Assembly (NCBI GenBank): GCA_002269645.1
Contig: NIVC01000270.1
Coordinates: 124,001 to 188,000 of the forward strand
From: Macrostomum lignano
Lineage: Eukaryota
Direction of reading: 5' to 3'
Length of the DNA stretch: 64,000 bases
Shown: piece after piece, positions 36,462 through 64,000 of the stretch
Layout: every line of letters begins with the position of its first letter
Position numbering within the stretch: the first letter of the stretch is position 1
Translations under genes and position numbers: made by a program
The notes under the pieces: model-generated
What the model saw: only the letters and a program-made list of their open reading frames with translations
Told to the model about the DNA's origin: nothing
The model's database searches: none

Positions 36462-38666
36462 CAAATGGCATGCTGGATTCGAGATGACGAGGACACGAGG
36501 TATAGTCCCAGTGCACAGCAGCCCAGACACGAAACGAAACAAGATTTTTAATAATAAGACGCATAGAATAAATACCAGAATAAATAGAACAGATACTGAG
36601 AATCTGAGATCTAGTTAGTTGTAATATATTAATAGGCATATAGTCATTATAGATAATGTCTTAAGTAGTAGAATATTCGAATGTATCAAAATAGTGTAAC
36701 TTCAGGTTACGACCACAAACAAGCCACAAGCTTAAAGACAACCCCATATATGAGGGTAATGAGGCGTTGAGACTGAGTGGCCGGGCATAGACTAAGGCCT
36801 AAACTATTTAAACGTACGAAAAGATTAGGAGTTAAGAAAACGAAATTTTAGTACTGCGTAGAGAACTTACTTAAAATATAAACATAAGCAAAAGGCTTAA
36901 GTAAACTTTAAAAAACTATAACATAACAAACTTAAACAGCTTAAACATTTTTCTTACAGGCGTCTTAAATAATTTGTTTAGCTAGTTGCTTTCAATGAAA
37001 TTAACTTTTAATGCTAATTCAAGTTACTGTCGCTTCGTCAATTTATATTATAGTCTAGTCTCGACTCGAGTCTTACTGGACCGACAACCACAGGTACACA
37101 ACACAACAAAATACCATAATATAGTGAGAAATTAAATTTTGTCATGCAGCATCATGATTGTAACTGTATTATTATTTTTAGAATGTCTTAATTACTTAGT
37201 CGTTTGGGCTCTTTTTAATTGATTTTGTTAATAAATTATTCTTTGCTGATCTGAGAGCACCATGATAGCCTGATGCCAAATTGCCAGTGGCGTAATCAAA
37301 ACTCAAAATTAATTATAATAAAATTTTTTATTTTAGTGGTGAACTGCCAGTCATATAATTCTTACCCTTTGTTTCTGAGGAGAAACCAAAATTCTTTGCT
37401 AATAATTATTGAACTTTCTAGCTTGGAAGTTCCAGTTACTAGCAAGTAGGAACTTTCTAGCAAGCAACATTTATTTTAGCTAACAACTAGATCTATAATT
37501 AAATAAACTTTGATACAGTAATATAAACTGTAAATAAATAAATAAATTGATTATATACTATAATTGGTTTTAGTTTGTATTTTAGTGTATTTATTTTATT
37601 GAAGGCAGTTGTTATTGTTATGGTGACCATATAAATAGCAAGACAGTTATTTTTACAGTTAACACTTAAACAAATACCACCTAAATGAAGTGACGAACTT
37701 GCTATGCAAATAATATGATGGTTAATTTTTTTTTAAATAAAGAAATGGCATTAATAAATATGATAGTAACTTTTAGTAGTTCTTGTCATGGTAGCTTACT
37801 TTAGGTAATTGTTAACTATTACATTGTAATTTAACTGAAATTTCTTCCACATGACCGTAGAAATAGCCATTTTGCTTCCTACCTATGGTAACCAGAAAAA
37901 TAACAGTTTTGCTATTTATATGGTTATATTAAGTAAAGACCATAGGCCCAGATAGTGTCTTATGCCTTAACTATAAAAATAACCATTTTGTTATTTATAC
38001 AGTCACCATGATAATAACAACTGCCTTTATTGAATGTTGTATCTATGCCCTTAAAATAAATGCTTTAAATAGAGTGTATCAGAATTTTAAATATGAAAAT
38101 TAAACACCTTTGACATTATATAAAAATATTATCAAAATAGCTTAAATCAAAATGAATTTTTGTTACAATGTTAATAGAGAAAATTTATTATAGAGTACCC
38201 TTTTAATGGCTCTTATATTCAAGTAAGAAAGGGATAAAGTATACTTTTGCTTATTTAACTTTTTTATTTGAATGCATATTGCTATTTTAACCAATTTAGA
38301 AAATCTATCAAATATATGCTCTATATAGTTATCTATGAAAAAATATATACCATATCAATATCAAAATATTATATGTATCAAACTTTCTACTTTATAAAGG
38401 GAGCTATATTTTGGATAATTATATTGTAATTATAACTATACTAGCATTGGCTATAAGCCAATTAAGGGTTATGGCATAAGGTCACTGGTCAAGACCCTTT
38501 AGACCTATAAAATTTTTATTTGTTATAAAATTTAGTCACTTGCTAATAAGTAATCATGATTAACACTTACATTCCATTTTATTCTAAATATATTATAATG
38601 TAATATTAAAAATATTATAATGCACTATATAAAAGAAAAATAATAGTATAGTATATAATAAAATAT

Positions 38667-39831
38667 TGTGGCAGCCAGACTATGTGACTGGCAGCACCAG
38701 TGTAGCTGCATTGGAACACCCCCATCCAATCTCTGTCTAGCTGAAGTGGGATGGGTGCACACCAAGCTAGCTGGCTTGCTAAGCCAAGGGGGGTGGCATA
38801 GCCTATAATGCCACGTCACTTTTTTGCACCTCCCTAGGCCCCTCAATATTGTGCTGTTTTTGTAAATATAAATATATGCGCAAAGCAGGGCAAAATCTTC
38901 ATTGCCATTCCATCTATTGAAATAAAAAGGCCTTCTGCCTAATTGGTAAACCTGATGCCCAGTATGGAATGCTGGGCCTACCTGGTTGGCCCTGTGCAAT
39001 CCCGGCAGCCAACCACCTTGGCTGATTGCACCAGCAGCACCACAGCCCAGCAGCACTGCAGCCCAGTAGCACCGCAGCCCAGCAGCCATAGCAATACCCT
39101 GCAGCACAATGCAGCACATTTGGCCCCCACATTGGACCAACCACCGCCACACGCTGCAGCTCATTCTAGGCTAGCACTGCACCACTGTTGCTAGCTTAAT
39201 GTCCCCAGCCTCTGTGCAGGAGCATCAACCCGGCTCACAGTGGCAACTGACTGTCGATTGTCTTGGGTGTAGTTGGGCTGCACTCCTGCTGCCTTTGGCG
39301 CCCACCTGGTGCCCTACTGCCTATGGCGCCCAACTTGCACCCTTCTGCCTTTGGTGCCCCTACCATCTTTGGTGCCTGCCTTGCGCCCTTCTGCCTTTGG
39401 TGCCCCTGCCGTCTTTGGCGCCCTGCCATCTTCAGTGCCTTGCTGCCTTTGGTGCCCAGCTGATTTCAGCGCCCGCTCCTCGGCACTCTCGCTGCCTTCG
39501 CTATCAACTGACATTTGGGGCCTAGCTTGGTTCTGGGGGAAGCTGTGTGATGGCCAGACTACGCAACCGGCAGCACCAGTGCAGCCGCACTGGAATACCC
39601 CTCCCAACCTCTGTCTAGCTGAGGTGGGGTGGGTGCGCACCAAGCTAGCCAGCTCGCTAAGCCGGGGGGGGGGGGGGTGGGGTCGGCATAGCCTATTACA
39701 CCACGCCACCTTTTTGCACCTCCATAGGCCTTCAATATTGTGCTGTTTGTGTAAATATAAATATACATGCAAAACAGTGCAAAATCTTTGCTGCCATTCC
39801 ATCTATTGAAATAAAAAAGCCTTCTGCCTCA
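38667..39831 (+). mobile_element. TRIM-like miniature LTR retroelement
   Basis: Direct LTRs 38667-38942 and 39546-39831 (TG start; 3' LTR ends CA; TATA-like and AATAAA inside); PBS-like TGGTAAACC after the 5' LTR; PPT GGGGGAAG before the 3' LTR; TSD ATAT; 603-bp non-coding interior. Confidence 0.85.
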
Positions 39832-41103
39832 ATATATAAAAAATAATCAATAGTTCTAGAAACAAACTATATTGCACATAGTAAATAATAGCAAACTAGT
39901 ATTAAAGGACCAGTTGGGATTAGAGATTAATGCTATACCTTTTTGATTTTAATATGATTTAAATATTAGAATTTTATTTCTTATCATTTTTCTATAAAAA
40001 ATCTTTGAAATAGAATTCTTACTGTATAAATTAATCATGTATTTTTATATTTTATTAGTGTTTTTTAAACATAGTTGTTTATAGTTGTCAAGCTTAGAAA
40101 ACTATTTTACCTAATAATTTTTACCTAAATTACCTAATAAAAAATCTTTTTTTGTTTGTTTAACCAAAAAATTGTTTAACTATGCTGCAAAATATAGTTT
40201 GTTAATACTATAAGCAAACTTTTCTAAAATGTGTTATTATACAACTTATATACACATCTATATAGACTTTTGCTAAATAATAGCAAAGCCCCAATATCTA
40301 AATGCATCTAATGAACATTCCTTGCTTTTTGTCTGCTACTAGTAAAAGTACATCTAGATCTCTCTTAAGTACTGGGTACTAAGGGTATTTAAGGTCACTC
40401 TAAGATGTCTCAAAGTAGTTTAAAGGGATTTCCTAAATGGGCACCATAGGTTATTTAACACCAGGAACCATGTATTACTGTTCTAGTGAATAGATAAAGC
40501 CTAAAACATATTAGGAAATAGTGAGTTTATGAATAGTGCTAGGGGTCCAAATTTCTAGTTGATGTTTTTGGATCTGTGTGTCTAAATTCATAAGGCTTGG
40601 ACATTGCATTGTAAATGTTAATTAATAAAGAAATAATTGTTAGTTCATTTGTCAATGCATTTTAAGCTATTTATAACTCAGAAAACCAAATGCTTTGCAA
40701 CATTAAATCGTCAGTTAGTCTAACCTGACAGAACTGTTCCATCCTATTCACCTTCCTTCTTCCAACTATTTTTTCACACGCTTTTACAATCTCAGCTACT
40801 TAAACTACTCGTGCCCTCGTCGCAGTTTCTCTAGTAGTAATTTCTCTAATAGTTCTATCTCTGCATTGTGTATGCATCCCGCTGTGCTGCCCTTTTCTCC
40901 TCGGCCTGCTTGCCTCCTCGGGTCTACCCCAGCGCTATTGAAGCTTCTGTGTTCAGTAGCTTTGCCTGTCGGTATCGCTGCCCAATTACTGCCACCGAAT
41001 TGAGTCTAGGACTGCTTTCGCTTAACTCACAGTAGATTGGATTATCTTTTTGTTCGGCTGCAACTTTCCATTTTACTCATTTATACTAATTTTTTACTAT
41101 CGT

Positions 41104-41400
41104 TGTCAGGAAGGGTTGTGGGCGCCCTGGCGCAACGCCTTCGGTGACCACTGACTTCGGCCAGTGTGATCAGCGGCGAGGCTGTTCTTGCCCATTCCGC
41201 TGGCTCCTGAGCGCGTCAACACCTTGTACACAGGCACGCACTCAAACATGTACACTCTCTGCGCCATGGGGGTTGACCCTCGTGGCTGTTAATCGCACGA
41301 CAACCCCCTGGCTAATTTTCGTGAACACAGGCCCCAAATTAATTTGGCTGCGCACGGAGTATAGGCCTCGCTGAGCTGCTCTGCCCTACCCCCCAAGACC
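41104..41400 (+). repeat. Dispersed ~300-bp repeat, copy 2
   Basis: Same blocks, order and orientation as 21706-22035. Confidence 0.8.
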
Positions 41401-41865
41401 TCCAGAGGGGTGTGGAGGTCCCGGACTCGGTTCCTCTGATTTTCCAATGTCCAGTATTAATTACTTAGTACTGCTGATATTGTATTCACTCTTTAGCTTG
41501 GGTATTGCCAATGCTTGCATATCTGCATAATATGAAACCTATGATTCTCCTCTTTGTATGCGATAATCGAATTTACTCATTTTGCTTGAAGCATTCTTAT
41601 AAATTAATTTCATTATAGAATCTTGTCATCTAACTTATTTTTATAAGCTAAGTAGTAGTATCTTTGCCGAAAATTAAATTTGTTTCACAATTTAAGTAAT
41701 GCTTGTCGAGAAATGTTGTGGAATAGTTTGTAGTTATCAGTGACGTTGCCACGACTTTCATCTGTGTGGGGAGTTGTGGTCACGAGCCAGGACCGCAGCA
41801 CCTATTAGTCAATGTATCACCACTGTCATAATGGTCGGGCGTCTGGCGGGGTCATGACCCCCCAT

Positions 41866-42635
41866 TAGAAGTTTTCTTATCAATATTCTGTAGAGGTTTC
41901 ATGCTGTAGCTATTTTAATGTTCCTGACTGACTTTAAGTTGGGGGCTCCATTATGGGCTTTTGCCTGTTTGCACTGCCTACTCGTATGTACCATTCAAAG
42001 CTATAATAGTACTTACTTTGGAGCTATTCACATCACATCCAATTCATCTTCACAGCCTCTGACACCCAAATCAAATCCTCTGACACCCAAATCAAATCCT
42101 CTGACACCCAAATCAAATCCTCTGACACTCAAATCAAAGTCTTTGACACTCAAATCAAAACCTCTGACACCCAAATCAAAGTTTCCGACACTCAACGCAA
42201 AGCCTCTGACACTCAAATCAAAACCTCTGACACCCAAATCAAAGTTTTTGACACCCAAATCAAATCCTCTAACACCCAAATCAAAATCTCTGACACCCAA
42301 ATCAAATCCTATGACACTCAAATCAAAACCTCTGACACCCAAATCAAATCCTCTAACACCCAAATCAAGCCTCTGACACTCAAATCAAATATTCTAACAC
42401 CCAAATCAAATCGTCTAACACCCAAATCAAATTCTATGAAACTCAAATCAAAGTCTCTGACACTCAACGCAAAGCCTCTGACACTCAAATCAAAGCCTAT
42501 GAGTGTCTATGACAACCCATTTCGGCGACAATGACATCCAGTTTTAAGTTCTTGACACTCAAATTGAAGAAATTGACACCATTTTACAAGCCACTGACAC
42601 AATTTTTACATGCAAATGACACATTTGACAAAGCC
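41866..42635 (+). mobile_element. Minisatellite-carrying dispersed element, copy A (21-bp CTGACACCCAAATCAAATCCT array at 42057-42500)
   Basis: About 190-bp unique head, 21-bp array and ACAATGACAYCCAGTTTT tail shared with 47764-48421. Confidence 0.65.
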
Positions 42636-43659
42636 AAGTATAGAAGTCAGTTGTTTTTTATTTCCATTTTTTCCTTTTTCATTGATCTGGAGCACAAATT
42701 ATAAGCTTTTATTTAGTAATGCAGTCTTATCTACACGTGCAGGATTGCGAAAAGTTGCGCCTCAAAGTCGCTTAGTGCGTTAGGCCGGTCAGTATATAAT
42801 ATTATAGTTACATTGGGATTAGGTGGGTCCAGTCAATCCCAATCTATTTCTGGCTGCCTTTAGCCTGACCTCGTCGCGTGCTAAAACGCTAATACTTTCC
42901 TAGTTAATAGGCTAAATCCAAAAATTCTCGACTAGCTCTTTCTTCCCGAGTTCGAATCGGGGAGGAGAGAGAGAGAGCTCGAATCAATTTGCTGACAATC
43001 GCACGCGAAGTCTCCCCCCCCAGTGTTTTTATCTACGCAACTCAACGTTTTAATTAGCAGCTGAAAAAAACACAGTTCGCTCCGGTCGAAAAACTTTTTA
43101 TTTCATTTTTATCTCGATCTCCCCTCTCTGTCCCTCTCTCTATCTATCGATTCAAACTATTTCTGCTGACTCGAAATTCGAATTCGCAGGCTGGGGTTGA
43201 TCGGGTATTGGGCGGCGGTAGATTATATATATTTTCGTATCGAGCGGAAGTGCGGAACTGGAATGCCTATAGATAAACTTTTTTTGAGTTGGTTCGGTGC
43301 TATCTTTATGGGCGTATGAGTAGAGCAGAGTAGAGAGGGTAGTAAGCTTGTGTCTGTGCGCTCTGCGACACTTCCGCTGCCACTGCACTGCTGCAAGCCC
43401 TTCCTCCCTCTTGCTCTCTGCCCTTTCGTACGACTTTACTAAACACTACTCGGCCTTATCTGTGCCCAAGTGCTCAGCTCAACTTGGCCCGCAATTGTGC
43501 GAACTCGCTATGCTGATCCAAAAATTTACAACTCTTGCTTTTGACTCTGCCCGACAACTTGAGGCTCCTGGACTTGGGACATTGTTTGGCAGTGTTCTCT
43601 AGTCTAGATAATTTGATAGGACTCTAGTCTATGAATGTAAGTGAATAAGAGTTATGAAG

Positions 43660-44735
43660 TAAGGTGAGACCAATAGATCCAATGGTATGTAAGTGGGTGA
43701 GACCGATAGATCCAATGCTATTGTAGTGGGTGAGACCGATAGATCCAATGCTATTGTAGTTGGTGAGACCGATAGATCCAATGCTATTGAATTGGGTGAG
43801 ACCGATAGATCCAATGCTATTGAATTGGGTGAGACCGATAGATCCAATGCTATTGAAGTGGGTGAGACCGATAGATCCAATGCTAATGAATTGGGTGAGA
43901 CCGATAGATCCAATGCTATTGAAGTGGGTGAGACCGATAGATCCAATGCTATTGAAGTGGGTGAGACCGATAGATCCAATGCTATTGAAGTGGCCAAGTG
44001 GGTGAGACCGATAGACCCAATGCTATTGAAGTGGGTGAGACCGATAGATCCAATGCTAATGAAGTGGGTGAGACCGATAGATCCAATGCTAATGAAGTGG
44101 GTGAGACCGATAGATCTAATGCTATTAAAGTGGGTGAGACTGATAGATCTAATGCTATTGTAGTGGGTGAGACCGATAGATCTAATGGCATGGAAGTGGG
44201 TGAGACCGATAGATCTAATGCTATTGAAGTGGGTGAGACCGATAGATCCAATGCTAATGAAGTGGGTGAGACCGATAGATCTAATGCTAATGAAGTGGGT
44301 GAGACCGATAGATCCAATGCTAATGAAGTGGGTGAGACCGATAGTTCCAATGCTAATGAAGTGGGTGAGACCGATAGATCTAATGCTATTAAAGTGGGTG
44401 AGACCGATAGATCTAATGCTATTAAAGTGGGTGAGACCGATAGATCTAATGCCATTGAAGTGGGTGAGACCGATAGATCCAATGCTATTGAATTGGGTGA
44501 GACCGATAGATCCAATGCTATTGAATTGGGTGAGACCGATAGATCCAATGCTATTGAATTGGGTGAGACCGATAGATCCAATGCTATTGAATTGGGTGAG
44601 ACCGATAGATCCAATGCTATTGAATTGGGTGAGACCGATAGATCCAATGCTATTGAATTGGGTGAGACCGATAGATCCAATGCTATTGAATTGGGTGAGA
44701 CCGATAGATCTAATGCTAATGAAGTGGGTGAGATC
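43660..44735. repeat. 33-bp minisatellite (GTGGGTGAGACCGATAGATCCAATGCTATTGAA), about 32 copies
   Basis: Direct reading. Confidence 0.95.
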
Positions 44736-45744
44736 AGCTACAGTAAGCTAGAAAACTAGGTTATTAAGCATTCGTCACAGATGGAATGAAAAGTGTGCTT
44801 GTAAGTATGCTAAAATTAGGTGTAAGTGAAGAGAAGACGTCTCCTTCACAATAGTCTGTTACAATTTTTTCGTTCAGTTTCTTTTGTCGTTCATCTACCC
44901 ATAACTAGCGAACGACTCAATTATACTGCATTTTTGCGCTTGCCTCACCTATAAGATAATATATATTGGCTATTGGACTGACTGGGGCTAAACTACATGC
45001 AACTAGGACAGATGCCTTACAGCATCCGCTTGTCGGAGGCTGACGGGTATTTTTAGACAGATAAGGAAATGAACGGGAGAGCTGAAAAAGACGGTCCCAT
45101 GTCTGTCCGTAAGCGGGTGGGCCCGTCGCCTTCAAAGAGATAATTACCAACAATAAGGGCCGAGGGCACAGCTTTAAGATTCAGTCGCAGTTGGAAAGCT
45201 TCTAATTTGCTAGCCTGCACAGCTAAGGCTGGCTGCGTGTTGTTTCTCTACCTTAACGTCTCTCTGACTTGCATTTGGGGGTGGAAAACATGGAGGGGGG
45301 TATAGAAAAATTAGCTTCTTTAGCCAGGAAGAAGAAGAAAATGAAGGAGGATCAAGCGAAGGAATCGGGCATAGATAGGATTTTGGATAGGCGGGCATGC
45401 CGGAGAAATAAGCCGCTGAGCATGCGGCTGGCGCATTCGAATGTTATTGAATTGAAATAATCCTCCCCCCCCGCAGTCTTGTGTTTCCGTATCGGGGCAT
45501 TCTGTTTTGGTGCGCGTTCCCATTGATACGCGGATTGCTTTGGAGCGGAGATAATTAAAAAAATGTGTTGTTGTTTCTTTTTTCGCTTTGCCTTTAATAT
45601 ATTTTGTCTATTTTGTCACCGAATTCGGGCAATATGGGTTCTGCATCTTGGTGATAGTTCCGAGGTTATGTTTATAGTGGTTAGATTTTGAAACTGTCGT
45701 TGTACACAGAAGAGTGAGATTTTGATTTTACCTTGTCCAGCTGG

Positions 45745-46310
45745 TTGAGATTTTGTTTGAGGCTACCGTAGACAGCAAGGGATGAGATTTTGAGGCTACC
45801 ATAGACAGCAAAGGGGTGAGATTTTGAGGCTACCATAGACAGCAAGGGATGAGATTTTGAGGCTACCATAGACAGCAAAGGGGTGAGATTTTGAGGCTAC
45901 CATAGACAGCAAGGGATGAGATTTTGAGGCTACCGTAGGCAGCAAAGGGTGAGAGTTTGAGGCTAAAATAGAAAGCAAAGGGGTGAGATTTTGAGGCTAC
46001 CGTAGAAAGCAAGGAATGAGGTTTTGAGACTACCGTAGACAGCAAGGAATAAGATTTTGAGGCTAAAATAGACAGCAAAGGGATGAGATTTTGAGGCTAC
46101 CGTAGAAAGCAAGGGATGAGATTTTGAGACTACCGTAGACAGCAAGGGATGAGATTTTGAGGCTACCATAGACAGCAAGGGATGAGATTTTGAGACTACC
46201 GTAGACAGCAAGGGGGGTGATATTTTGAGGCTACCGTAGGCAGCAAGGGATGAGATTTTAATTTTTTTCCAGCAGGGGTGAGAGGCCACAACAGAAAGGG
46301 TGAGATTCTG
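45745..46310. repeat. 33/34-bp minisatellite (GATTTTGAGGCTACCRTAGACAGCAAGGGATGA)
   Basis: Direct reading; the same unit recurs at 48864-48937. Confidence 0.92.
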
Positions 46311-46550
46311 AGGCCAACTCGTCCATCAGGGGTGTATGATTCTGAGGCATCCGAATTTTTGTGTTCTCAATTATTTTATTGTAGAGAGTGTGAACTGCAT
46401 GAGCATAAATTTGCGATGATAATGTCATGTTTCATGCTGCCCGCCTCCGCCTGTCGACCGTCGGGCGTTTAACAGTTTCTCCTTACTCAGCAGCGCAGCC
46501 TGTACTAATCGGCCCAGTCCCCATCCTCTCCTCGGACCCGCCGCGGCAAG

Positions 46551-63824
<17,274 letters not shown>

Positions 63825-63861
63825 GTGGGAGCCGCGAATATTGACTGAGGATTAGGGATCT

Positions 63862-64000
63862 GGGGAATTGGGGAAACACTTGATAATCTGGGGAATTGGG
63901 GAAACACTTGATAATCTGGGGAATTGAGGAACCCACTTGATAATCTGGGGAATTGAGGAACCCACTGGATAATCTGGGGAATTGAGGAACTCACTTGATA
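63862..64000. repeat. 29-bp minisatellite (ACTTGATAATCTGGGGAATTGAGGAACCC), runs off the window
   Basis: Direct reading. Confidence 0.9.

Noticed and set aside
40740-41100. Candidate upstream CEP350 exon
   Set aside because: Stops in the frames needed for a phase-1 donor; no convincing acceptor.
42945-42961. CCCGAGTTCGAATCGGG, a tRNA T-loop/B-box-like hairpin
   Set aside because: Stem register does not fit a T-arm and there is no cloverleaf or A box.
43629-44759. Repetitive ORFs on both strands (also at 388-1188, 22833-23920, 51203-52798, 56845-57983)
   Set aside because: Tandem-repeat artefacts with no splice or domain support.

Overview
Eukaryotic (animal) genomic DNA with GC-rich exons and a tandem repeat in most introns. 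The style recalls the flatworm Macrostomum, but that is inference only. Three spliced genes can be reconstructed by hand with consistent intron phases. (1) A muscleblind/MBNL gene on the minus strand (confident exons 15056-15247, 13548-13715, 9585-9899; further 3' exons only tentative). (2) A CEP350-like centriolar protein gene on the minus strand (10 exons, 17815-30319, about 2135 aa, 5' end not found, no CAP-Gly domain visible). (3) A PPP1R16A/B (MYPT3/TIMAP)-like ankyrin PP1 regulator on the plus strand (46551 to beyond the window end). Between 31.1 and 40.7 kb lies an AT-rich, strongly CpG-depleted island of nested non-autonomous elements: an 805-bp MITE, a 2.5-kb TIR element and a 1.17-kb TRIM-like LTR element whose two LTRs differ almost only by transitions. 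A decayed mariner sits in a PPP1R16 intron. About 25 distinct mini/microsatellite arrays are present. Most long ORFs in the supplied track are artefacts of these arrays. No CRISPR array, rRNA or tRNA is supported. All alignments and counts were done by eye; no database searches were run.
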